Shown here: positions 1 to 7,582 of the stretch, piece after piece | Numbering within the stretch: position 1 is the stretch's first letter | Layout: each line of letters starts with the position of its first letter | Assembly: GCA_934546935.1 (NCBI GenBank) | Contig: CAKTEH010000004.1 | Coordinates: forward strand, 15,756 to 79,755 | Length of the DNA: 64,000 nucleotides | Direction of reading: 5' to 3' | Source: an uncultured Eubacteriales bacterium | GTDB taxonomy: Bacteria; Bacillota; Clostridia; Oscillospirales; QAMX01 | The notes under the pieces: model-generated | What the model saw: the letters and a program-made list of their open reading frames with translations, nothing else | The model's database searches: none | What the model was told of the DNA's origin: nothing | Made by a program: the position numbers and the translations under genes

Positions 1-59
1 TTATAAAAATATAGTGTGCCTGCCCGCATATGTCCAAAGCTTGGACGCCAGTGTCCCGT

Positions 60-275
60 GGCGGATATGGGGCTAAAGAGGGAAGTCTCCCGGCTTAAAG
101 ATCAGTGCGTATGCACGCCGTGCCGCCTTCTCAGGCAGGGCTCTGCCCAATGGCTTGTCTTTCCCAGCTCGCGGCGCCGGGAGGAGGCGCGGAATTCTCT
201 TTTACGGTGACGGGGTCGCACAGGTTTTGCACCTGTTTCCTATTTAAGCCCAGTTAAGGGCGCCTCAAGGCACGA
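60..275 (-). promoter_or_regulatory. Cobalamin (B12) riboswitch aptamer; the regulated gene lies left of the window edge
   Basis: Minus strand reads CUUAAAUAGGAAACAGGUGCAAAACCUGUGCGACCCCGUCACCGUAAAAGAG (plus 197-248), GCCAUUGGG..GAGAAGGC (plus 125-154) and AAGCCGGGAGACUUCCC (plus 79-96). These are collinear with the conserved core, B12-box region and 3' AAGCC.GAAGACCUGCC element of the E. coli btuB leader. Boundaries are approximate. Confidence 0.75.
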
Positions 276-277
276 CT

Positions 278-306
278 ATCCTAACACGAAAGTTTATTTT
301 TCGCAA
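278..306 (-). promoter_or_regulatory. Candidate sigma-A promoter for the riboswitch transcript
   Basis: Minus strand TTGCGA (306-301), 17-nt spacer, TAGGAT (283-278), immediately after the alaA terminator. Confidence 0.4.
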
Positions 307-315
307 GAGCACAAA

Positions 316-362
316 TAAAAAAGCCTGGGAGCCGGCAAAAAAGTCGGACCCCAGGCTTTTTC
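316..362. terminator. Intrinsic terminator hairpin downstream of alaA (A/T runs on both sides)
   Basis: AGCCTGGG (322-329) pairs with CCCAGGCT (350-357) around an inner CCGGC/GTCGG stem. It is flanked by A-run 317-321 and T-run 357-361. Confidence 0.7.
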
Positions 363-373
363 TGTGTACAGAC

Positions 374-1591
374 TCAATTCTGCCGGTAACAGGATAGGAA
401 ACGGCCGAGCTTCGCCATTCCATCGCGCAACTGCGCTTCAGTGGGGAGAAATACAATGCGGAAGTGATCGGGAGAAGGCCAGTTAAAGCCGGTACCCTGT
501 ACAAGCAGAACATTTTCCGCTTTCAGGAGGTCGATGGCAAAACGTTCGTCGTCTTTAATGCGGAAACGGCGGACGTCAATTCGCGGGAAACAGTAGAACG
601 CTGCGCGCGGGCGCACGACCGAAAGCCCTTCGATGGCGTTAATGGATTCGCAGATCGCTTCGCGCTGTTGATAAATCCGGCCGCCGGGCTGGAAAAGGAA
701 GCGGGTTGCGTCCAGATGCTCCAGCGCTACAGGGATGATACTTTGCGCAGGGACATTTGCGCAAAGGCGCATTGAGGCCAGCATATCCAAACCCTCCAGA
801 TATCCTTTCGCGCGTTCTAAAGGACCGGAAAGTACAATCCATCCGCAGCGGAACCCGGCCATCAGATGGCTCTTGGAAAGGCCGTTAAAAGTGACGCACA
901 GTACATCCGGGCACAAAGAGGCAATGGACACGTGCTCCAGGCCGTCCATAAGCAGGCGGTCGTAAATTTCATCACTGAAAATCATCAGGTCAAATTCGCG
1001 TGCAAGCTCTGCGATCTGGCTAAGGATTTGCGTACCGTAATTTGCGCCTGTAGGGTTGTTGGGATTGATAATGACGATGGCGCGGGTGCGTGCGGTGATT
1101 TTGCGGCGCATATCGGCAAGGTCCGGCATCCAGTCGCTTTGCTCATCACAGATATAGTGTACTGCCTTCCCGCCGGCAAGGGTGACGCTGGCCGTCCAAA
1201 GCGGGTAATCAGGGCTCGGGATGAGTACTTCGTCTCCATCATCCAGCAGTGCCTGCATGCTCATATTGATCAGTTCACTGCAGCCGTTTCCGGTGTAAAT
1301 ATGTTCTGGATGAACATTTTCGATCCCCTTGTTGCGGTGATAAGCGGCAATCGCCTCGCGCGCGGCCAGGACGCCGCGGGATTCGGAATAGCCTTCGCTT
1401 AACTCGAGCTGGCGTTTCATCGCATCCAGAACCGGCGTGGGGGTTTCAAACCCAAAGGGAGCGGGATTTCCGATATTCAGCTTTAATATTTTTTCCCCGG
1501 CGGCTTCCATAGCGCTGGCCTGTGCGACCACACGGCCACGAACCTCATAAGCTACGCCGTCAAGTTTGGAAGATTTTTTGAATGTACGCAT
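374..1591 (-). CDS. alaA: Alanine/glutamate-pyruvate aminotransferase, class I PLP enzyme (AlaA type)
   Basis: Translation MRTFKKSSKLDGVAYEVRGRV...KILKLNIGNPAPFGFETP closely parallels the E. coli AlaA N-terminus (SSKLENVCYDIRGPV...LKLNIGNPAPFGFDAP). Start trimmed to ATG 1591, preceded by AAGGAG; the longer ORF start at 1642 falls inside the leader terminator. Confidence 0.9.
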   Translation of the reverse strand: MRTFKKSSKLDGVAYEVRGRVVAQASAMEAAGEKILKLNIGNPAPFGFETPTPVLDAMKRQLELSEGYSESRGVLAAREAIAAYHRNKGIENVHPEHIYTGNGCSELINMSMQALLDDGDEVLIPSPDYPLWTASVTLAGGKAVHYICDEQSDWMPDLADMRRKITARTRAIVIINPNNPTGANYGTQILSQIAELAREFDLMIFSDEIYDRLLMDGLEHVSIASLCPDVLCVTFNGLSKSHLMAGFRCGWIVLSGPLERAKGYLEGLDMLASMRLCANVPAQSIIPVALEHLDATRFLFQPGGRIYQQREAICESINAIEGLSVVRPRAAFYCFPRIDVRRFRIKDDERFAIDLLKAENVLLVQGTGFNWPSPDHFRIVFLPTEAQLRDGMAKLGRFLSCYRQN

Positions 1592-1614
1592 GCAGGGAAT
1601 CTCCTTTCCGAAAA

Positions 1615-1890
1615 TAAAAAACGCCCGAAGCATGAATTCCATGCTTCGGGCGAACCTCTACCTAGTCCGTGTTACCACCGAAATTCGGCGTAAAAAACGC
1701 CGCACTCTACCGGTACTTGCCAAAAGACGCATACCGCTGCGCGATAACGGGCGTACCCGTTGGATACTACTTGGCATATCAGCCTTTCGCTCCAAAGCTC
1801 AGAGGGGGCTTCAACGGTAAACGCACGGAACCTTACAGCATCCGGTTCCTCTCTTGGCTTTGCTTACCGATTACTCTTCCTCGTCGCAGC
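1615..1890 (-). promoter_or_regulatory. T-box leader (tRNA-sensing riboswitch) controlling alaA; probable Ala (GCC) specifier
   Basis: Minus strand shows stem I start GCGACGAGGAAGAGUA, an AGAGAG box, specifier-loop GAA-GCC-C, T-box sequence AAUUUCGGUGGUAACACGG (plus 1665-1686), then terminator CGCCCGAAGCAUGGAAUUCAUGCUUCGGGCG + U6 (plus 1616-1651) just before the alaA RBS. Confidence 0.8.
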
Positions 1891-1910
1891 TTTTTTGAAG
1901 ATTAATTGGA

Positions 1911-1939
1911 AGTATATCATGCTTTGCAAATTTTGTCAA
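1911..1939 (-). promoter_or_regulatory. Candidate sigma-A promoter of the T-box/alaA transcript
   Basis: Minus strand TTGACA (1939-1934), 17-nt spacer, TATACT (1916-1911). Confidence 0.55.
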
Positions 1940-1951
1940 GTGCTTTTTTGC

Positions 1952-2830
1952 TCAGTCAAAAACAGCCATTAGATCCTTTGGCACAGGCGCGGTAAAGTGC
2001 ATAGGCGCCCGCGTTAGCGGATGCAGGAAATCAAGCTGCCAGGCATGTAGGGCCGGCCGTCCAATGCGTGTGTAATTGGGATTGTACAGGAAATCGCCGG
2101 GGAGGGGATGCCCGATATAGCGCATGTGGACTCGGATCTGATGGGTGCGTCCAGTTTCCAGGCGGATTTGAACCATGCTGTATCCATTCCTGCAGTCGAG
2201 GCGGGTGTAGTGCGTTACCGCGCGCATGCCGTCGCCGTCAAAACTTACCCGCCGGGCGAGAATGGAGTCCGGGTCACGTGCAATGGGCGCGTCGATTGTC
2301 CCCTGTGCTGGGCAAAGTCCTTCGGCTGCGGCAAGGTAAGTGCGGGTAAGACTGTTTGTATGGAGCGCGTCCGTGAGGATACAGGCGGACAGGCGGTTTT
2401 TTGCAATCAATATGAGCCCGGAAGTGTGCCGGTCAAGACGCCCCAGACAGCGCAGGACAAAGCGTTCTCCGTACCGGCTGCGGCAGGCGTTGGCCAATGT
2501 ACCAGATGGGTTGGAAGGCGTTGGGTAAACTGCCATTCCGGCGGGTTTATTGATAAGCAGGATATCCTCGTCTTCATATAAGACATCAAGCGGGATCGCT
2601 TCGGCAAGGATTGTATCGTTTCCCTGAATTTCCGGAATACGTATGGTAAGGATCATACCGGGCAAAATCCGGTCAACGACCCTGGCCGGTGAGCCATCAA
2701 GCAGGACAAGCTGCATATCCCGGCGCAGAATATTTATGACGGAACCGGAAAACCCCTGTGCGCGCAGAAATGCGTCAATACGTGTGCCGGGGGCCGCAGT
2801 ATCTGTGCAGTATTCAATGATCCGGTTCAT
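1952..2830 (-). CDS. RluA-family 23S rRNA pseudouridine synthase (RluD-like) with N-terminal S4 domain
   Basis: 292 aa. Contains the catalytic-region motif HRLDRHTSGLILIAK and the C-terminal GRTHQIRVH signature typical of RluA/RluD enzymes. Confidence 0.88.
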   Translation of the reverse strand: MNRIIEYCTDTAAPGTRIDAFLRAQGFSGSVINILRRDMQLVLLDGSPARVVDRILPGMILTIRIPEIQGNDTILAEAIPLDVLYEDEDILLINKPAGMAVYPTPSNPSGTLANACRSRYGERFVLRCLGRLDRHTSGLILIAKNRLSACILTDALHTNSLTRTYLAAAEGLCPAQGTIDAPIARDPDSILARRVSFDGDGMRAVTHYTRLDCRNGYSMVQIRLETGRTHQIRVHMRYIGHPLPGDFLYNPNYTRIGRPALHAWQLDFLHPLTRAPMHFTAPVPKDLMAVFD

Positions 2831-2877
2831 TTTACACGGTTGCGCTGTCGGGCGGGCTGCTGAGATGGGCGGCTATT

Positions 2878-3039
2878 TCATTCTTTGTGCGCATCTTTAC
2901 CGTTTCCTTTCGCAAGCCGCTCACAGGTAGTTGAAGATGGCTTTTCCATGCCATGGTGAAAGGCCCTGCAGGCAGCGCAGTTTCCGTGGCGTGGGCAGCC
3001 GGAATTTTTACACGGGCAGTTTGGATTGAGGTTTTCCAT
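2878..3039 (-). CDS. Small Cys-rich protein (53 aa, not in the ORF track), likely metal-binding
   Basis: Hand translation: MENLNPNCPCKNSGCPRHGNCAACRAFHHGMEKPSSTTCERLAKGNGKDAHKE. SD AGGAGA lies 7 nt upstream, and the stop is 47 nt before the rluD-like start. The pattern C-x-C-x4-C-x-R-x-G-x-C-x2-C-x3-H recalls a small clostridial Cys-rich family. Confidence 0.6.
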   Translation of the reverse strand: MENLNPNCPCKNSGCPRHGNCAACRAFHHGMEKPSSTTCERLAKGNGKDAHKE

Positions 3040-3123
3040 ATTTCCGTCTCCTTTCTAAAAACCGGTTTTATGCTTGCGCAACCAGTATAGCACAGAAAAC
3101 AGCGAGATGCCAGGACTTTTGTC

Positions 3124-3152
3124 TTGCCGTTCATCCGAAAAAAAGATATAAT
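3124..3152 (+). promoter_or_regulatory. Candidate sigma-A promoter of glycerate kinase gene
   Basis: TTGCCG (3124-3129), 17-nt spacer, TATAAT (3147-3152). Confidence 0.5.
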
Positions 3153-3183
3153 GAAAGTAATAACTGGAATTATGGAGGAGAGT

Positions 3184-4329
3184 ATGAAGGTTGTAATTGC
3201 CATAGATTCTTTTAAAGGCTCGCTTACTTCGCTGGAAGCAGGGGAAGCCGCGCAGCGCGGTATTCTGGCTGCCTGTCCGGATGCACAGACTATGGTGCTT
3301 CCGGTTGCTGATGGGGGCGAGGGCACGGTTGAAGCGTTGATCAGCGGTCTTGGCGGCGATACGGTAACGCTGACGGTAACCGGGCCGCTTGGCGAGCCGG
3401 TGCTGGCCAGGTATGGCGTCATACCTGCGCGCAGGCTCGCTGTGATGGAGATGGCGCAGTCAAGTGGCCTGACGCTAGTGCCGGAGGAAAGGCGCAATCC
3501 GCTTAATACCACTACCTACGGCCTTGGTGAGATGATCCGCGATGCTTTGGAGCGCGGTTGCCGGGAATTTATTATCGGTATCGGAGGCAGTGCGACCAAT
3601 GATGGCGGTATTGGTATGCTGTGCGCCCTCGGCGTGCAATTTTATGATGCCGGCGGGGTGAAAACCGGGATTTATGGCCGGGATGTGGAGCGCATTGCCC
3701 ATCTGGACCGGTCAGGCATGCCTGCCATTTTGTCGGAATGCGTGTTTCATATTGCCTGTGACGTGAATAACCCGCTTTGCGGACCGCGTGGAGCGTCTGC
3801 GGTGTTTGGCCCGCAGAAAGGCGCGACGCCGCAGATCGTTGCGCAGCTGGATGCCGCGCTGTCCGGTTTTGCCCGGTGCACGGCCGGGGTTTTGGGTGTG
3901 GATTACAGCGAGTTGCCAGGTGCGGGCGCTGCCGGGGGGCTCGGATTTGCATTGCGCAGCTATCTCGGCGCCGAGCTGCGGCCGGGGATTGAAATTGTTT
4001 TGGATGCTGTGGAACTGGCACGTTATGCCGAGGGCGCGGATGTCGTCGTGACTGGGGAAGGACGCATGGACTTCCAGAGCGCAATGGGGAAGGCCCCTTG
4101 CGGGATTGCGGAAATTGGAAAGCGTTGCGGCGCGCTGGTTGTCGGTTTGTGCGGCTGTGCAGGCGAGGATGCCGAAGCCTGCAACGCACAGGGAATCGAT
4201 GCGTTTTTCCCGATCCTGCGTGCTCCGCAAAGCCTGGAGTCTGCGATGGATCCGGCGAATGCGAAGCAGAATATGGAAAAAACGGCAAGGCAGGTATTTT
4301 CCCTGCTCGCCGCAAGCAGATCATTTTAA
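3184..4329 (+). CDS. glxK: Glycerate kinase
   Basis: MKVVIAIDSFKGSLTSLEAGEAA... and ...VVTGEGRMDFQSAMGKAP are hallmark glycerate kinase (GarK/GlxK) sequences. Start set to ATG 3184 behind GGAGGAG. Confidence 0.9.
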   Translation: MKVVIAIDSFKGSLTSLEAGEAAQRGILAACPDAQTMVLPVADGGEGTVEALISGLGGDTVTLTVTGPLGEPVLARYGVIPARRLAVMEMAQSSGLTLVPEERRNPLNTTTYGLGEMIRDALERGCREFIIGIGGSATNDGGIGMLCALGVQFYDAGGVKTGIYGRDVERIAHLDRSGMPAILSECVFHIACDVNNPLCGPRGASAVFGPQKGATPQIVAQLDAALSGFARCTAGVLGVDYSELPGAGAAGGLGFALRSYLGAELRPGIEIVLDAVELARYAEGADVVVTGEGRMDFQSAMGKAPCGIAEIGKRCGALVVGLCGCAGEDAEACNAQGIDAFFPILRAPQSLESAMDPANAKQNMEKTARQVFSLLAASRSF

Positions 4330-4353
4330 TAAATTCCCTGCCTGAACGGGTAG

Positions 4354-4390
4354 AAAAAACCGCCGCTGCGTAGCAGCGGCGGGGGAAAAT
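4354..4390. terminator. Bidirectional intrinsic terminator between convergent genes
   Basis: CCGCCGCTGC (4360-4369), loop GTA, GCAGCGGCGG (4373-4382), with A-run upstream. Confidence 0.7.
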
Positions 4391-4435
4391 CAATAGGATC
4401 TGAACATGTAAAACGCGTTGGCCGGTTCATCCTGT

Positions 4436-5950
4436 TCAGGAGGCCGGCGTATATGCGAAGATTTGTAAATCCCCGCTTACCGTTTCGATATGGAAACCTG
4501 CAATACCGTCGCCGCGGACATAAGCGCCGTGTGCATCAACGACGGATAATCCGGAGATAAGATTGCCGGAGTTGGAATAAAAATCAAGCGTAAAGTCGGA
4601 CTGCACGGGCAAATGTAAGGCAACGCCGCCGGTTTGGGTTGTAATGTCCAATGCATACGGACAAATCGGCGCCTGGATGCGAACATCTCCGTCATAAGTG
4701 GATGCTTTTAGGCGGTGGATATTTGCATTCACATTTACATTTCCGGACTGTGTGTGCGCTTCGATGCTGCATAACACGTCGCCGCTGTCAATCTGCACGC
4801 TTCCGGATTCAGAGGAAAACGTTACATTTTCAAACAGCCCGGAAAACGAAGCGTCGGCAGACACGGTTTCTATGTTCAGCGGCCCCGTGATGTTTAGATG
4901 GTCTGCGGTGATGCAGCCGTTCTTTGCATCTATTTGCATGGTGCTGAACGTGATGCCGTCAAGGGTCAACGCGGCGTCGCCGATTACAAAATCGGCGTTT
5001 ACTGCGGCGTCGGCCAACGCCCGCGGTATGCAGATTTCAAGATCCTTCACAGGAAGTGCGGCCTGTGCGGCCTGTGGCGTACAGTATTGGACAAAAAGCG
5101 TATTGCCTTCCAGTCCGCAGCATAACGCTTGCTGCTGCGTAACGCCGCCTTGCGCATTTTCCAGGACAAGGAAATCCGTGCCGTCATAGACATGAACCTG
5201 CACATTTCCTGCCGGCCAATTTACTTCCAACATATCGACTTCCGTCAGATGCGCCGCTTCAACCGCATAGGCGCCGTCTTCGCTGAAGCTTTGCACCATA
5301 TCCCGGTATCCCTGCGCTGCATCGCCAAAATCCAGTACTGTGCCTGAATCTGCGTGCGTTTTTCCTGCATCCGTTTCGGGGCTGTCTGTACTTCCTGCTG
5401 CGGATATCGGCGTTTCAATGCCGGAATCCATGCGGGAATTGAAAAAAGCTGTCTGTGTGATAAAAAACACCCCGCATGCGGCGAGGGCGGTCAATGCCGC
5501 GCCTGCCAGTGCAACAGCAAACGCCGCAGAAATCGAAACGGCTTTTTTGGCGGATTTGTCTGCCTGAGCCTTCCCGGAGTGGCTGCGCGCGTTGTTTTTG
5601 GCTTTTTGCGGCGGCTTCTTTTCTGCTGTGTCTTGTTGCTGCTGCGTCCCGGTTCCAGTGCTTTGGCTGTGCGCGCTGTATCTGCGGGTCGTGCGGCCCG
5701 TCCCGCCAAAAGGCGGCGCTGCGTGCGCAGCGCGCACATTGCGCATAGCGTCGGCAATTCGGTCTTTTATTTCCTGCGCACATCCGAGGATTGCGTCATA
5801 GGCTTCGCCAGGCGTTTTTCCAGAGCTGATATAATTATAATAGCGCCGGATCATATTCCGCGTCAGCTCCGTGCGCAGCGCACGCATTTGTGCACAGTCG
5901 GGGACACTGCGGAAAAAAGAGTAAATTAATTCTTTTATTTTATATTCCAA
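4436..5950 (-). CDS. Membrane-anchored DUF4097-like (putative adhesin beta-strand repeat) protein with N-terminal helical cytoplasmic domain
   Basis: 504 aa with a TTG start behind GGAGG. It has a low-complexity basic linker, one TM segment (AVSISAAFAVALAGAALTALAACGVFFI), and a C-terminal repetitive beta-rich region (...GDVRIQAP..., ...SGDLQIFA) typical of DUF4097 proteins. Confidence 0.6.
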   Translation of the reverse strand: MEYKIKELIYSFFRSVPDCAQMRALRTELTRNMIRRYYNYISSGKTPGEAYDAILGCAQEIKDRIADAMRNVRAAHAAPPFGGTGRTTRRYSAHSQSTGTGTQQQQDTAEKKPPQKAKNNARSHSGKAQADKSAKKAVSISAAFAVALAGAALTALAACGVFFITQTAFFNSRMDSGIETPISAAGSTDSPETDAGKTHADSGTVLDFGDAAQGYRDMVQSFSEDGAYAVEAAHLTEVDMLEVNWPAGNVQVHVYDGTDFLVLENAQGGVTQQQALCCGLEGNTLFVQYCTPQAAQAALPVKDLEICIPRALADAAVNADFVIGDAALTLDGITFSTMQIDAKNGCITADHLNITGPLNIETVSADASFSGLFENVTFSSESGSVQIDSGDVLCSIEAHTQSGNVNVNANIHRLKASTYDGDVRIQAPICPYALDITTQTGGVALHLPVQSDFTLDFYSNSGNLISGLSVVDAHGAYVRGDGIAGFHIETVSGDLQIFAYTPAS

Positions 5951-6143
5951 AGAAAATCACCTCCGGAAGTCCCGGATCCAACAGGTAAACAGGCCGCTTG
6001 GGAAAAACAGTCTAACTGCATTATAGCACGCTTTTCCGGCTTTTGCAAATAGCAGTGTATTTGTCTGCATGGCCGCGTGGGAACATGGATACGGCGCTGA
6101 AGGATAAGAAAAAAGTATGCTTAGAAAACAAAAGGAGAGGGAT

Positions 6144-6980
6144 ATGATACGCACAATAAAACGGGAACAGCTGGTTTCCACGCTGCGTCAGGCACTCATT
6201 GCTGCCTGTGCCGCTCCGCCGGAGGAGGTCGTCACGGCGCTTGAACGGGCGCGCTGCAACGAAGAAGGCGTCGCGGCCGAGGTACTGCGGCAGTTGGCGG
6301 AAAACCACCGCCTTGGCCAAAAAACCGGACGTCCATGCTGCCAGGACACAGGGATGGCCTTGATTTTTGCCGATATTGGCCGGGATGTGCATATGGATTT
6401 TGATTTTTATGATGCGGTCAATGCAGCTGTGCGTGCGGCTTATGGCGAAGGCTATCTGCGCAAGTCCGTGCGCGACCCGATAACAGGTTGCAATACGGGG
6501 GATAATACCCCGGCCATTGTGCATATCCGGCTGACGGCGGGGGATCGGGTTGCCCTGCATGTGATGCCCAAGGGCTTCGGCGCGGAAAACCAGAGCCGTA
6601 CCGCTATGCTGGTGCCGGCCGACGGCCTTGAGGGGATTGAGGCGTTTGTCCTCGAGACACTGCGCGGAGGCGCGGCTTCCGCCTGCCCGCCGGTGATTGT
6701 CGGCGTGGGCATTGGAGGCGATTTGGAAAGCTGCGCCCTGCTTGCCAAGCGCCAGCTCCTTCGCCCGCTTGGCACGCCTTCCGCTGATCCCGTGCTGGCT
6801 GGGATGGAAGCGCGCCTGCTTGCGCAGATTAATGCGCTTGGCGTCGGCCCGGGCGGCCTTGGCGGGCATACGACCGCGCTTGCGGTGCACGTCGCGGCTT
6901 CCCCGACCCATATTGGTGCGCTGCCGGTCGCTGTAAACCTGCAGTGCCATGCGGCCAGACGGATGGAGGTATTTATATGA
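6144..6980 (+). CDS. Fe-S type hydro-lyase alpha subunit (class I fumarate hydratase / tartrate dehydratase alpha)
   Basis: Contains CQDTGMALIFADIG and GVGIGGD motifs of class I fumarase N-terminal domains. Start set to ATG 6144 behind AAGGAGAGGG. Confidence 0.85.
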   Translation: MIRTIKREQLVSTLRQALIAACAAPPEEVVTALERARCNEEGVAAEVLRQLAENHRLGQKTGRPCCQDTGMALIFADIGRDVHMDFDFYDAVNAAVRAAYGEGYLRKSVRDPITGCNTGDNTPAIVHIRLTAGDRVALHVMPKGFGAENQSRTAMLVPADGLEGIEAFVLETLRGGAASACPPVIVGVGIGGDLESCALLAKRQLLRPLGTPSADPVLAGMEARLLAQINALGVGPGGLGGHTTALAVHVAASPTHIGALPVAVNLQCHAARRMEVFI

Positions 6981-7504
6981 GCCTATTGCATTTGACTGCA
7001 CCGCTTGCCCCGGCGGACGCCGTGCGGCTGCATGCGGGGGATATTGTACGGCTTAGCGGCGTCATTTTCACACTGCGTGACGCCGGTCATGCACGGCTGC
7101 TGGAATTGCTTGCACGCGGGGAGGAGCCGCCCGTCCCGCTCGCAGGATTGTGTATTTACTATGCAGGTCCCTGTCCCAACGCGCCGGGAGAGATAATCGG
7201 CCCCTGTGGCCCGACGAGTTCAAGCCGGATGGATATTTACACCCCGCCTTTGATCGAAGCGGGCATGACGGCGATGATTGGGAAAGGGAAGCGCAGCGCG
7301 CAGGTTTATGCGGCTATGCGCGGCCGGTGCGTCTATTTTGCCGCGCCGGGTGGTGCAGGGATTCTGATGTCGTCTCACGTACGCAGCTGTGAAACAGTGG
7401 CGTTTGCTGATCTTGGCACGGAGGCGCTGAGGAAACTGGTGGTGGAGGAGATGCCGCTGATTGTCGCTGCAGATGCGCATGGGGCGAGCCTGTATGTTCG
7501 CTGA
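6977..7504 (+). CDS. Fe-S type hydro-lyase beta subunit (class I fumarate hydratase beta)
   Basis: GVIFTLRDAGHARL, YYAGPCP and MIGKGKRS motifs. Its ATG overlaps the alpha subunit stop (ATGA coupling). Confidence 0.85.
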   Translation: MSLLHLTAPLAPADAVRLHAGDIVRLSGVIFTLRDAGHARLLELLARGEEPPVPLAGLCIYYAGPCPNAPGEIIGPCGPTSSSRMDIYTPPLIEAGMTAMIGKGKRSAQVYAAMRGRCVYFAAPGGAGILMSSHVRSCETVAFADLGTEALRKLVVEEMPLIVAADAHGASLYVR

Positions 7505-7521
7505 CCTGGCCTGGAGGAGCC

Positions 7522-7572
7522 AAGACGGAAAAAAGTCCGGCAAATACATTTTGCCGGACTTTTTTCCGTCTT
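7522..7572. terminator. Long bidirectional terminator hairpin
   Basis: AAGACGGAAAAAAGTCCGGCAAA (7522-7544), loop TACAT, TTTGCCGGACTTTTTTCCGTCTT (7550-7572). This is a perfect 23-bp stem between convergent genes. Confidence 0.85.
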
Positions 7573-7582
7573 GGAGAAGTTT

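Noticed and set aside
16-210. 64-aa plus-strand ORF at the window start
   Set aside because: It lies antisense to the riboswitch, has no SD and no recognisable protein features.
1-300. Considered tmRNA, RNase P RNA or SRP RNA for the ORF-free first 300 nt. A CCCGGCTTA-like string and a GCGAAAAATAAA stretch looked superficially similar.
   Set aside because: There is no tag reading frame ending in LAA/VAA, no T-arm/CCA end and no GAGGAAAGUCC core. The minus strand instead matches the cobalamin riboswitch core point by point.
2832-3512. 226-aa minus-strand ORF overlapping the glycerate kinase start and the Cys-rich mini-ORF region
   Set aside because: It has a Pro/Ser/Ala-rich low-complexity translation typical of shadow frames in GC-rich DNA, and it conflicts with the well-supported glxK and promoter.
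6021-7001. 326-aa minus-strand ORF antisense to the fumarate hydratase alpha subunit
   Set aside because: It is an Arg/Ala/Gly-rich shadow ORF, and the plus-strand gene has clear family motifs.
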